Below, piece after piece: positions 39,318-51,941 of a DNA stretch of 64,000 nucleotides (within the stretch, counting starts at the first letter, position 1; every line of letters begins with the position of its first letter). A model generated the notes under the pieces. It made no database searches. It saw only the letters and a list, made by a program, of their open reading frames with translations, and was not told where the DNA came from. Both the position numbers and the translations under genes were made by a program. Origin of the DNA: Squalus acanthias (lineage: Eukaryota); contig CM059433.1 of assembly GCA_030390025.1 (NCBI GenBank), positions 68,820,001-68,884,000 of the forward strand. Reading direction: 5' to 3'.

Positions 39318-39815
39318 ACAAACTTGCATTTATATAGTACAAAAACAAAATAATGCAGATGCTGGAAATCTGAAATAAAAACAGAAAATGCTGGAAATAC
39401 TCAGCAGGTCAAGCAGCATCTGTAGAGACAGAAACAGAGTTAACGTTTCAGGTTGATGACCCTTCGTCATTTATATAGTACCTTTTATAACCTCAGGACA
39501 TCCCAAAGCACTTTACAAAGGATTAATTACTTTTGAAATGTAATTACTGTTGTTCTATAGGCAAACGCAACAGCCAATTTGTGCACAGCAAGATGCCACA
39601 AACAGCAATGAGATAAATTATCAGTTAATTGGTTTTCTAGTGGTGTTGGTTGAAGGGGAACTTCCCTGCTATTCTTAGAATCGTGTCATAGGATTTTTTA
39701 CATCCACCCGAGAAGGCAGGTGGGACCTCAGTTTAACGTCTTATCCAAAAGACAGCTGCTCTGACAATGCAGCACTGCCTTACTACTGAAGTATCAGTGC
39801 AGATTATGTGCTCAT
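39318..39815 (-). mobile_element. Deu-domain-like SINE interrupted by a Penelope-like fragment
   Basis: Homologous to the SINE at 16806-17745. Confidence 0.7.
39341..39467 (-). mobile_element. Penelope-like pLTR fragment (family 2), truncated within a hammerhead core
   Basis: Exact 14-bp TSD CATTTATATAGTAC (39327-39340, 39468-39481). Minus strand reads (a)TGACGA-AGGgtcatcaaCCT-GAAA-CGTT. Confidence 0.8.
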
Positions 39816-41218
39816 GAGTTTAAGCTTCACAACTGGAAGACAAAGTTAATTATTATTCAGCATAACTACTGCCAGCAGTTATTGATTGCCTTTGGCAGGG
39901 TCACATTAGGGCCATCAGGCAGGGTATCTGATCAGTGCATACTGATTTTGGTAGACAAACAGCCTGAGTGGTCTCATTAGATATACTGGGAAGAGGCAAG
40001 TAAGGAACAAGAAGCTGTCTTTATACTTATATTTTATATACACACACACACACATAATGCGTGTGATACTTTAGCAAATCTGTACACAGGCAAATATTTC
40101 TTGATTGCATAACAAATGTTATGAACTGTAAACATTACTTCGTACAGGCACCATTAAGATATTCCAAGTATTTGAGAAGTACAATGTTTCATGTCTTCCA
40201 AAGGTACAATAATATTGCTAATCAAATTAATAAAATATCTGATTAATGAGAAACATTAAACTCCAGTAAATGCAACAGATATCAGTTCCATGGCAGCTAA
40301 AAAAAAAAATCTAACATCTGAGTCCAGAAGAGTAAGTACTTTTTTTTTAGAAAAAAGGAAAACATTTTTAAGCAGGGCTACTGTAAAATAGATCTTTCAT
40401 GCCTGGAAGCTGAATCCAGCCTGGAAAGATTGCGTGAAAATTTCCTCTAATGCAGGCCAACCAGAGAGGATGACATTCTCCTCTCTCTCTGACTGTCCTG
40501 AGTGAAGGTAAGGACCACATTTTTAAATGTGTTCAACACATAATGGTGTTATCACTACACTTGTGCTCTGAAACATATGCATTCTCTATAAACTTTTATT
40601 GTCCATATATTTTAGAATTAGCAACATACATTCTGTAGAATCAGCAGCATCAACTCCAAGCCAACCACCTCCATGGAATACAGGATGCCAGACGAATCTT
40701 ACAAAGTAGATATGAACAAGAAAGCAATATTTTTCAAACGACAGGACATGTGACACAACAAAACACACATTCGAGCAGTGATGGCGTAAATGAAAATTTA
40801 AAAATTCACCGTGGCTGCTCGGAGGTATATAAGGGAGCTGTGGATGGCAGTGTTGGAATGATTGGAGCATACGTCTAATCCCAGCACACACCTCTTGTGT
40901 ATTTGATCCACGTTATAGACACCTGGGTCTCAAAATTGGATAAGGCCCGAAAACAGGCACGGACAGCGTGAAGCGCAATGTGCCCGTGCCCGTTCAAAGT
41001 AGTGCAGGCAGCACGCAAAATTCGTGCTACCTGCTCATTAGAATGATTGCAGCGCTGATCTCAGCACTAAACGCGCTGCTGATTGGGTTAGTGCTGAACA
41101 GGGGGCCTAATATCGGGTGCAATCTACTGGCCTATAAAGTTTGGCCTAGACTCTCTGCACTACTTAAAGGGGAAGTGCTCTGTTGCAGAAGCACCTCATT
41201 GTCATTGTGGAGAAAGCC

Positions 41219-43049
41219 ATGGCCCAACAGTCAAGAGAGAGGGCAAGGAGATTTTCTGATGCGGCACTGGAGGCTTTGGTCCTGGGGGTTCAAACACACA
41301 GTCAGGTCCTCCACCTGCAGGAGGCCTTCAAGGCAGAACAGCAGAAGGCTGTGGGAGGAGATAGCTGAAGCAGTGTGACGAGTGTTGTCCGCAGGACCTG
41401 GATCCAGTGCTGCAAGTTTAATAACCTCACACGAGTGGTCAAGGTGAGTGAATGCATCTTCAGATGCCATATCCCACCACTAGCCCCACACACTGCTCAA
41501 TGCACCATACCTCCATCACTCACCTACCAACAATCTCTAACAATCACCACTCACATCTCACAATCATAGCTTCACTTCACCCTCACACACTTACCACTGC
41601 TGCAAGACTCACACCCACATCTCACACCTTGCACACACCGCCAGCTATTCAACCATGACAGGCACATCACCCAAACACATTGCACCACACTCATTGACAC
41701 ACTTCCCTTTCTCTTGCAGGCAAAGATGGCTCATAACCCCTGGGAACAGCAGCAGACGGGTGGAGGGGAAGCCAGTCTGCAGCACCTGACAGAGCTGGAA
41801 GCAGTAGTGCTGGAGATCATTGGAGAGGCCATTATGGAGTCCGTGGCGAGCGGTGAAATTGAAAGCATTGCTGATGATGACGGTATGCTCATACCTAATC
41901 CTCCTTCTCACATCCCACTTTCTCCTCATCCCACAATCTCGTCTCACTTACAAGCTGCTGATGGTGTATGCATGTATATCTTGCTTTCCCCCACTCCCCT
42001 CACCACAATCCAACCCTTGTGCCTTTCTCCTTTCAGATACCCAAGAAGTCCCACCAGCACAGCCAGTCCCCAAAGTGATGGAGGAGAGTGAAGGAGAAGA
42101 CGACACACCGTCACTGCATCTGACACTCACAGGCACCAGCTCAGAAAATGGCACTGTGCGGACTTTAGGGGGTAGTATAGAGGCGGTATCTGTCCATGGT
42201 GAGTCACCGGGCATGAGTGGGCTGCAACCAAACCAGGGTGAAAAGGGTAGCTCAGGTGCCAGCTCCCCAGAGGGCAAGTTCACGCATGAGTTCTGCTGCA
42301 TGGGACTCAGATGATGACCTTGATGGGATGGCCTTCAGAAGAAGGGAGATTGGCATGCACACAGAAATACTTGGTGCAATGGCAAGCCTACCAGAGAACC
42401 TCTTGTCGGTGTCAAGGAGCATGGAGGAGCTTGCATGGGGCTTTGTGTGGAGCTTGGAGCCTGTGATTTCCAGGATGGAAATGATGGGCAACTTCATGAT
42501 GGAAAACTTCATGAGACACCTTGTGGACCCAACCATGAAGCTGCGTGTCATGGGCAATGTCGCAGCTTCCGTTGCAGCACAGGCAGAAGTGACCCAACAT
42601 CTTAGTTATGTAGTGGAAGCTCAGACTGCTGCCATCATAGGTGGGTTTACAAGTGTGGAAAGGGGCTTGCAGCACTCTAGCAATCTGTCAACAGATGGCT
42701 AGGAATGCTTAGGTGCCGCCCCGGGGGAGTGACAGTGGCTCAGTGGAGCAAGAACCTGCTGTCCACTCTCAGGACGACAACATTCATACTCCCACCATTG
42801 CCACTCCGCCAGTGCCCTTGCTGCTACCCGTCATCCAGCCAGCCCAGACTGCTGCTGTCTACAGCCGGATCTTCTAGGGCCAGAGCTGCTAGAGGTTGCC
42901 CTGCAAGGCAATCTGCAGTGTCCCCCACTGAAAGGCTGCAGTCTTCCACCAGCCATGCTGCAGCCACTGGGGGAGCACTGCGTAGAAACACTAGAGTAGG
43001 AAAAGGAACACAAAAGACAGATACTAAGAGAATGCACAAGAGTGATTAG
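41219..43049 (+). pseudogene. Harbinger Myb/SANT (NAIF1-like) DNA-binding gene, 3 exons (41219-41443, 41720-41882, 42037 to ~43049), frameshifted
   Basis: MAQQSRERARRFSDAALEALV...LWEEIAEAV...RTWIQCCKFNNLTRVVK|gtgagt; ttgcag|AKMAHN...TGGG...; |gtatgc; tttcag|. Confidence 0.8.
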
Positions 43050-43215
43050 TTGATTTTGTTGTTTTGATTTGGATTTGATAAATTTATAAATTACATTTGG
43101 AATGTTTGTTTTGTGGTGGATCTCATTTCAGCTTTGTCCCCAGGAGGACGCTGTGCTGTTCCGTGACAGAGGGATGGTAAGATGGGGAAGTGGTGAGCAA
43201 CAGGGATCTGGGGTT

Positions 43216-44272
43216 TCATTCATTGGAACCGGAGTCTGACGAGGCGCTCACGGCCAGCCCATCCAGAACGGAGATCTGATGCCTGCCTCCTCTCTTCCTC
43301 CTCCTGAGGTGGTCCCGGAACCCATGGTGGCCAAGTTGTGCAGCATGCAGCAGACCATCACGAAATGAGACACCCGCTCCAGCAAACACTGGAGGGCCCA
43401 TCCCGAGCAGTCAAGGCAGCAGAACCATTGCTTGAGCACCCCGATGGTCTGCTCGATTAGGTTCCTCATGGCAGCATGGCTCTCATTATATGCTTGCTGG
43501 CCACAAGTGCTGGGGTTGTGGAGGGGAGTCATCAGCCAGGTGCAGAGCGAATAGCCCTCATCTCTGAGTAGCCACCCTCGGGTTCGACATGGTGGCTGGA
43601 TGATTTCTGGTACACTGGACTGGTGCAGGATGAAGCCATCATGACTGCTGCCAGGATACCAGGTATTCACCATCATAATGTGCTGGGCGTGGTCACACAC
43701 CAACTGCACATTAAGTGAGTGGCAGCTTTTGCGGTTATGGAACATCTCAGGATTGGTATGTGGTGCCCTGCACCATTGGGAAGCCCGATATCCTGGCAAA
43801 GCCACATGCGCGCTTCGTCCTGTTTCTCTCCGTTCAGAGACAAGACAATGAAGTCCCTTCTCCTGGAGCACAGAGCCTCTGACCTCCCGGATGCAGCGAT
43901 GGATGTCAAACTGGGAGATGTTAGCTAGGTCTCCTGCTCCAGACTGGAACAAGCTGGTGGCGAAAAAAATTGAGGGCCACGGTGACCTTGAAGGCCACTG
44001 GCAATGCCGTCGTCGTCCTGCTCGGAGGCTGCAGGAGGTGGCAGAGCTGTGACCACCTCCTTGGTGAAGCAGAGCCTCCTAATACACTGCCCCTGGCTTA
44101 AGTGCAGGTAGGAGAAGTGCTCTCGGAAGACCCTAGGTGGATAAGGCCTCCTGCTGAGAGCCCTCCTGCCCCTCCTCCACCCTCTGCAAGCATCTTGTCA
44201 TCTACTTCGCTGCCTCCGCTCCAACTTCCTGTCATACTCGAGCGTGAGGGGGACTGCAAGTAGAGCCCCCAT
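43216..44272 (-). pseudogene. Harbinger DDE transposase, decayed (DCTH motif deleted)
   Basis: QCIRRLCFTKEVV, FHNRKSCHSLNVQLVCD, YPGSSHDGFIL, WLLRDEGY, YNESHAAMRNLIEQTIGVLK, CCMLHNLA. Confidence 0.88.
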
Positions 44273-45336
44273 GACTGGGAGCAAGTGGTCTGAACAGAAC
44301 CCTTTAAATCAGAAGCAAGGCCTTCTCCACTTGCAGCAACACTCCCCGTCACCTGACCAACTTTAAATAACTGTAGAAAGCTCCAAACAGTTGCACAAAC
44401 TTACACGGAGCCAGTAGAAATCAAAAAGCAAGTCAGCTGCAAGTTGTTGCTGATCCCTTTTAATAGCGCTGGTGGGTGGTCCTTCCTGCTGCTGGACGCA
44501 TGTTCAGCTGGTTGTGATTTGAAGAGGGCGTTAAAAGGAGCGGCAACATCCAAAATAGCAGGTCGTGTGTCAACTCAGCATTGCATGCCGATTGACGTCA
44601 CAATCTGCCTCATCTAAATATCTGCAGCGAGCACAGGCAACGACAGCACTGTCGGCCTGCCCAAAATGGCGGCCGCTGCATTCTGCACTGGAAATGGACG
44701 GAAGCGAGGCAGCCGCCATTTATTCTTCCAAACCAGCCTTAACGGCCGACACAAACGAGACCAATTTCCTAGCCCCAGTGTACTAATCAAAACACTTCCC
44801 ATTACAACAGCAATCTTCATCATAAAGGAATAGTCTGAATGCATGTCCACCTTGACTGAGTTATCATACTCAAAAAACAGGTCTTCTCAGGCAGGATTCA
44901 TTGTTCATGTACAATCTTACATTTAGCTTTCACCTAACACTACCTTGAATTTCTGTCTCTGCACTTTTGAAATCAAAATTTTCAAATCATTGGCCCGGTT
45001 CATACAGTAGCAGAGAACTTTGCCGCTGACACAGGGAGTGATTGATTATCACACCATCATGTCTTATGGTGTTCTGAGCACTTGTCTGAACACTATATTC
45101 ACACTTAACTCAGGGCAGTCATAAACATTGCAACATTTTATTTATAACCACAGCAATCAAAGTAGAATTGAGATACAGTTTTGGGTTCACTCATAATTAG
45201 AAGGTGGCAGAACACATGAAACTTCCGGTTTTTAATTACCAGTTTTCCCCGGGCTGTAGGTCAAATTTGCCCAGTTGAAAAACAAAAGTGAGAAGTCGCA
45301 CAACACCAGGTTATAGTCCAACAGTTTTATTTGAAA

Positions 45337-45375
45337 TCACAAGCTTTCGGAGCTGCTGCTCCTTCGTCAGGTGAA
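45337..45375 (-). ncRNA. Minimal type I hammerhead ribozyme motif (CLIC5-sense strand)
   Basis: Minus strand reads TTCAC-CTGACGA-A-GGAGC(agca)GCTCC-GAAA-GCTT-GTGA. Confidence 0.72.
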
Positions 45376-45380
45376 GTGAC

Positions 45381-45418
45381 TTCACCTGATGAAGGAGCAG
45401 CGCTCCGAAAGCTTGTGA
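45381..45418 (+). ncRNA. Minimal type I hammerhead ribozyme motif
   Basis: TCAC-CTGATGA-A-GGAGC(agc)GCTCC-GAAA-GCTT-GTGA: core boxes intact, stem II, stem I TCAC/GTGA, palindromic AAGCTT in place of stem III. Predicted cut after 45414. Confidence 0.72.
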
Positions 45419-46874
45419 TTTCAAATAAAACTGTTGGACTATAACCTGGTGTTGTGCGACTTCTCACTTTTGTCCACCCCAGTCCAACACCGGCATCTCT
45501 GCATCACAGTTGAAAAACTGCAGTGACTTGTGCTTTCAGCTCACATCATCACTGCACCAGTGAGTAATGCTGCTGGTATATTTTAGGACTAAATGTCAAC
45601 CAATCCTTGCTGCTCTGGAAAGCTCCCTGCTATCGGGTGTCAGCTAAGTAGTGTATCTAACCATCAGGCCCTTACCATCTCTAAACTCTGCCAAGACAAG
45701 GACCTGCAAGAAGGAAAATCTGTAATAAAACGCGATGCTGCAGGAAAACTTAGGATGCAAAGAAAACAATAACTCAGTTTCAGTTATATGGAGTTCAATT
45801 TGTCAATGGAAATTCAGAATCGAATCTGCTCCTACGTGTTTTTTCTCTCCGCTGTTGGTATTTGATCCAAACACTGGCGTTTCAGGTTACTGAGCTGGAG
45901 TGCTACTCACTCTGACGTTCTGCTGATAGCTATATGCCAATGGAAAATTGCTATTTCAACTGCTACAGTACAAACCCTCACAATCTTGGACAGTGGTGCC
46001 AATTCAGTAGCTGCTTCATCTTTCATTTCAAGTTGTACTGAAGTCAGCAGCCCTACAATACAAGAGGAGCATGTCCCCAACTTTTTAAACACGGGTCTCC
46101 CTGGTAATGCTGTAATGATGTTGTTGCAGGGAGTTATTTTCAGGTTTATTTTAGAAGCAAATTATGGACAGCAAATGCGCATGACTTTACACAGCTCAGG
46201 ATTACGCAGCTTCAGCCCAAAGAAGGAATGATATTGGAAATTAAGTTTCAGGCTTGTAGAAGTCACAATGGGAAATATCACAAATTTGGTGGAACTGTGT
46301 AGACAAGCACGTTTTTCTGGAAGGACATGACTGAAAAGTACCAGAACCCACAGCACCATTTTGAGTCAAAGAATATTTTAGGCTAGTGCAAAATTTTCCG
46401 GCGCGGACACGATGGGCCGAAATGGCCTCCTTCCGTGCTGTAACTTTCTATGAAATGGAGCTTTAGAATACTGAGACTTCAACAGTTTTCAAAGGGAACA
46501 TCTTTCCTTCTTTAGTGAGATAATATTAAGGCCCTAACCAGTCTGTTCACAGCACTAACAGACTACCTATGACTCACACAAACGACAGGAAAAAGTCATC
46601 GTCAACCCATGGCCTTTAATAATTTATTTATAGGGTTCAAACAAACTATTTTTATAGACAGCTGCTGCTGGACAACATCAACTGCAGCAAATTCTTTATA
46701 AATATACAGGTCAAATTCTACACGAGAAATAAGAAGTGGATTGGTTTCTCTTTTACTAAATGTTAGATAGAATTTTTAATTTTAATTTGAGAACTAATTG
46801 CTAAGTGCAATGTACCAAGATTACTCTGTTGGAAACATAATTCTCCTCTCCTAAAAGTAGTGTCGCCTGCTGAG

Positions 46875-47175
46875 GTCCTTGAAGTCCAGGTATCATTCTG
46901 GTAAACCTACGCTGCACCCCCTCCAAGGCCAATATATCCTTCCTAAGGTGTGGTGCCCAGAACTGCTCACAATACTCCAGGTGTGGTCTAACCAGGGCTT
47001 TGTATAGCTGCAGCATAACTTCTACCCCCTTGTATTCTGGTCCTCTAGATATAAAGGCCAGCATTCCATTAGCCTTTTTGATTATTTTCTGTACCTGTTC
47101 ATGACATTTTAATGATCTATGTAACTGGACCCCCAAGTCTCTTTGGAATTCCACTGTTTTTAGCCTTTCACCATG
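46875..47175 (-). mobile_element. CR1 ORF2 fragment
   Basis: QRDLGVQLHRSLK...KANGMLAFI...LVRPHLEYCEQFWAPHLRKDI. Confidence 0.85.
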
Positions 47176-47764
47176 CAAGAGGGCAGGGTACAGGATTTGT
47201 TTTTTATTCGAATGGGGGGGGCCTCCTCTTCCGCGCATGTACCACGGATCTGCTGTGCAAGTGGACTGCTGTTCAGTTGTTCCAGCCACATTATAGGAAG
47301 GCCTTCTCATTTATACTGACGTTGAGGGCCTACCTAGTGTACAGCTTACATGCACGCTCCCAGCCCCCTTTCCACTATCCATTCACACTAGGGCATGCCG
47401 AGTGCCTCAGGCATGTTATAGGCCTCAGGACTCTGCGGCCAATTTTCCAGGGCGCATTATCTGCGTGGGTGTTACAGCCAAATCCCACCCTCTCACACGC
47501 GTATTCCCAGTGTGTCTCAATCCAGAGCGAAAACTCTAGACAAACTTTTTTTTGAGGGATATTGAAGCTAACTATAATGTGCTTTCTGCCAAGCTTGGGC
47601 CAGCTAACTCAGCAAAGGCACTCGATGAAACCGGAGCCCAGATTTTCTGAGTTTGGGAAAATCAGGGGCATACGTGCTTGTGCAATGCATGGATGGTGCG
47701 AGAGGGGCTAGTATGGCCAGAGGGAATGTATACCGTTCTCATCAGAGTTAGAATGTGTGCGCAT

Positions 47765-48530
47765 TCATTATTGAGGAGAGGCAATATAAACTAAAGGGTA
47801 CAATTCTAAAGGGGGTGCATGAACAGTGACACCTGGGGATATATGTGCACAAATCATTGAAGGTGGCAGGGCAGGTTGAGAACGCAGTTAAAAAAGCATA
47901 CGGGATCCTGGGCTTCATAAATAGAGGCATAGAGTACAAAAGCAAGGAAGTTATGATGAACCTGTATAAAACACTGGTTCGGCCTCAACTGGAATATTGT
48001 GTCCAATTCTGGGCACCGCACTTTAGGAAGGATGTGAAGGTCTTAGAGAGGGTGCAGAAAAGATTTACAAGGCTGGTTCCAGGGATGAGGTATAGACTGG
48101 AGAAGCTGCGGTTGTTCTCCTTAGAGCAGAGAAGATTGAGAGAAGATTTGATAGATGTGTTCAAAATCATGAGGGGTCTAGACAGAGTAGAGAGAAAGAA
48201 ACTGTTCCCATTGGCAGACGGGTCGAGAACCAGAGGACACAGATTTAAGGTGATTGGCAGAAGAACCAAAGGCGACATGAGGAAAAAAGTTTTTTACGCA
48301 GAGAGTGGTTGGGATCTGGAATTCACTGCCTGAAAGGGTGGTGGAGACAGATTCAATTGTGGCTTTCAAAAAAAAGGGAATGGGATAAGTATTTGAAGGA
48401 AAAAAAATTGCAGGGCTCTGGGGAAAGGGCAGGGGAGTGGGACTAACGGAAGTGCTCTTGCAGAGAGCCGGCATATGCTTGACGGGCCGAATGGCCTCCT
48501 TCTGTGCTGTAACTATTCTACGATTCTATT
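47765..48530 (+). mobile_element. CR1 LINE 3' end
   Basis: KKAYGILGFINRGIEYKS...LVRPQLEYCVQFWAP...RTRGHRFK; tail ATTCTACGATTCTAT. Confidence 0.88.
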
Positions 48531-49859
48531 ACCCACAGCTGCACAGTGGCAAAAGCAGTTGGCAATCAAGGAGCTTCCCTCCAGTTAGCGAGCCTGAAGT
48601 ATCAGCTCCCTCGAAGTAGACAGCTTCCCCCTCATTTCTTCCTCCTGTACTCTAGAGGCAGCAGGTGTCCACTCAAATCACCTGATTTTCTGTCCATTAA
48701 TTTAAATGGACAATCAGGCATGCAATCCCCTCTGCCCGATTTTCATCTATTCGCTGTGCTCATGCAATCCAATGCTCTCAGGCACAATACCTGGAGAATC
48801 TGTTCTGTGAAAGACTTGATATTGGTGATTATCTGGGTTATGTGTTTAGGGTGGGCTTTTGCAGCAAGAACTTAGAATTTTCAAATTTGAATGTCTGAAC
48901 CAAGCTGTGCATTTATTAATTTTTAACATATTTTCAGAATCTTACACTCTGGCTGGTTTACACTTATTTACAAAAATGTATGAAGAGGATGCACCCTGGG
49001 GGCCACTTGCTTGCAAAAATAAACACCGGATTGTGCGTCCATGGGGCAGTTATATGATTGGTTAACACAAAGCAAACCATGGGTTTACCAGTTGGTGTTC
49101 CTGGACCTCATGGGATCTGCAAGGGGCTGGCAGGGGATTCCTTAAGTCTTCAGATTTCTGTATTTGTTGATTTATATATAAGATCAATTAGTAAAAACAT
49201 TTTCTGAAATTCCTTTTGGTAGCTGACACTATCACTTGGAGTGTTAACATTTTCAGGGGGTCCCACACAGAAAGGGTTGAAAACCATTGCCAGAAATCCC
49301 AATTGGTATTCTATTTGTATACAATGGTCTAGGTCTTCCTTCCTCTCAGCAGAAGTGTGGCAGGGTGAGACTTATAAACGGCGCAAAGGATGCATCAGGT
49401 TCCTGCCTGGCCCTAGCTGGCAAAGTGCACTCTGAAGAATTTCCTGACACACTTCATTCAAGTTAAACCCGAGTTGGTGCAACTTGGATGGAAAATCTAG
49501 GCCAATATGTACACAGATATGAAATAGTTTTTGAAGTCCACTCATTTTTTTTGCTTGTTTATCTGTATTTTCAGGCACCCTGTTGCTAAGATGCAGAGCT
49601 ACACTTTTTTTTATATTCAGTCTGAGATTAGAGCTTTGAACATGAGGTGCTGTCTATCTCAAGAATAATGCAGTGTGAGTCACAAATTGTTAACAGGTTT
49701 ATTGGGTAGGAAGTAAATAGAGACAGTGTCGTGACTTCCGGATTTCGTCCAGTTTTCCCATCTGGATCACATACTCGTTCTCAAGCCCCCCCCCGCCCTT
49801 TAGACCTGGATCACGTACTTCCGCCATCCCCACTGTGCTCTCCGTACTCTTTACCACAC

Positions 49860-51290
49860 CCCCCACCCAGTTCCTGACCTCCTCTCTCTCCCCCCCTCCA
49901 ATTCCTCCTCCGATTCACCCTCCCCTCCCTCCCACCCCCCTTCCCTCCCTCCCTCCAATCCCCCCCTCCGATCCCCCTTCCCTCCCATACCGCCCTCCCC
50001 TTCCTTCCCTCCCTCCAATCTCCCCCTCCCTCCCCCCCACCCTCCGATCCCCCTCCGATCCAATCTCCCCTCCGATCCCTCTGCCCGATCCCCCCCTCCC
50101 TCCCTCTGCCCGATCCCCCCTCCCTCCGACCCCCCTGCCCGATCCCTCCCCTATTCCTCCCTCCCCTATTCCCCCCTCCCCCCGATCCCTCCCCTATTCC
50201 CCCCCTCCCCCGATCCCTCCCCTATTCCCCCCCGATCCCTCCCCTATTCCCCCCCTCCCCCTCCCCTATTCCCCCCCTCCCCCTCCCCTATTCCCCCCCT
50301 CCCCCTCCCCTATTCCCTCCCTCCCCTATTGCCCCCCTCCCCCTCCCCTATTCCCCCCCTCCCCCTCCCCTATTCCCCCCCTCCCTCCCCCCTATTCCCC
50401 CCCTCCCTCCCCCCCCNNNNNNNNNNNNNNNNNNNNNNNNNNNNNNNNNNNNNNNNNNNNNNNNNNNNNNNNNNNNNNNNNNNNNNNNNNNNNNNNNNNN
50501 NNNNNNNNNNNNNNNNNNNNNNNNNNNNNNNNNNNNNNNNNNNNNNNNNNNNNNNNNNNNNNNNNNNNNNNNNNNNNNNNNNNNNNNNNNNNNNNNNNNN
50601 NNNNNNNNNNNNNNNNNNNNNNNNNNNNNNNNNNNNNNNNNNNNNNNNNNNNNNNNNNNNNNNNNNNNNNNNNNNNNNNNNNNNNNNNNNNNNNNNNNNN
50701 NNNNNNNNNNNNNNNNNNNNNNNNNNNNNNNNNNNNNNNNNNNNNNNNNNNNNNNNNNNNNNNNNNNNNNNNNNNNNNNNNNNNNNNNNNNNNNNNNNNN
50801 NNNNNNNNNNNNNNNNNNNNNNNNNNNNNNNNNNNNNNNNNNNNNNNNNNNNNNNNNNNNNNNNNNNNNNNNNNNNNNNNNNNNNNNNNNNNNNNNNNNN
50901 NNNNNNNNNNNNNNNNCCCCCCCCCAATCTCCCCTTCCCTCCGATCCCCCCACACCCCCCCCCCCAATCTCCCCTTCCCTCCGATCCCCCCACACCCCCC
51001 CCCCGATCTCCCCTTCCCTCCGATCCCCCCACACCCCCCCCCCCCGATCTCCCCTTCCCTCCGATCCCCCCACACCCCCCCCCGATCTCCCCTTCCCTCC
51101 GATCCCCCCACAACCCCCCCCGATCTCCCCTTCCCTCCGATCCCCCCACACCCCCCCCCGATCTCCCCTTCCCTCCGATCCCCCCACACCCCCCCCCGAT
51201 CTCCCCTTCCCTCCGATCCCCCCAACACCCCCCCCGATCTCCCCTTCCCTCCGATCCCCCCTCCCCCCGATCTCCCTCTGCCCCCCTCTC
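49860..51290. repeat. C-rich low-complexity/minisatellite tract spanning an assembly gap
   Basis: Left of the gap: CCGATCCC and CCCCTATTCCCC units. Right of the gap: a ~37-bp unit CCCGATCTCCCCTTCCCTCCGATCCCCCCACACCC, about 9 copies. Confidence 0.92.
50417..50916. other. Assembly gap (500 N)
   Basis: Run of exactly 500 N, probably a placeholder size. Confidence 0.99.
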
Positions 51291-51941
51291 ATCTTGATGA
51301 GGTCACCTAACTCAGCACAGACCAGGGATTAAACTTGGGATTGCCCTACTCAGTGCGTTTCAGTTCCACACGCGGCAGTGTTACTTACCAACTGATCCAA
51401 TGAGTGGAGCTGATCAAATATAATGAAATATTTACTGTTAGTTATCCATTCTGAAAATGTGACAGTTTTATTTTAAGGTAGCAGGATAAAAAACTATTTT
51501 TTACAACACAATAGATGGCCCAAAGACTTTTTCCCCCATTTGGAGAGGTGGTATTATGTACTGTCATGTTCATCAGTTTTATAACATGAGAGATGGAATC
51601 ATTGTTTTTGATGTATTTTGTGGCCTCATGCATTACTATGACACGCAGTCACAAGTTTTTTTTTTCCAGTACTCAACTCGTGAGCAGCTTAAACCAACGT
51701 TTTAGTGAACACACCTGTTGTACAAATATTACTAAACATTTACTGTACCGAAACAGACTTGATCATAAAAAGCTTATAAAAACTCGTGCGCTTAGACTAC
51801 AAATATCAGTCCAGGAGACAGAAATACCATTTTATAGGATCTTCACTACCTAGCTCATTCTTTGGACAAACTTGTAACTGCAAACAAAATCCCCTTTTCC
51901 TCACTGGCAGAAGGACCTAATTTAAAGAGCATCCATCCTAC

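Larger units (their letters stand above)
40925..44776. mobile_element. Complete-architecture PIF/Harbinger transposon, decayed
   Basis: Imperfect TIRs GGGTCTCAAAATTGG / CCAATTTCCTAGCCCC enclose convergent Myb/SANT (+) and transposase (-) genes. TSD not resolved. Confidence 0.88.
45284..45506. mobile_element. Penelope-like inverted-pLTR insertion (family 1) forming a near-perfect palindrome
   Basis: Arms of about 96 nt (45282-45377 / 45379-45473) plus a 33-nt tail. Exact 12-bp TSD CAGTTGAAAAAC (45272-45283, 45507-45518). Confidence 0.85.

Noticed and set aside
45282-45473. pre-miRNA or TIR-type MITE
   Set aside because: The 12-bp TSD, asymmetric tail, hammerhead cores and the non-inverted sibling at 11054 point to a Penelope-like retro-insertion.
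49835-51310. Long proline-rich and glycine-rich ORFs (up to 491 aa)
   Set aside because: Artefacts of the C-rich minisatellite and the N gap.
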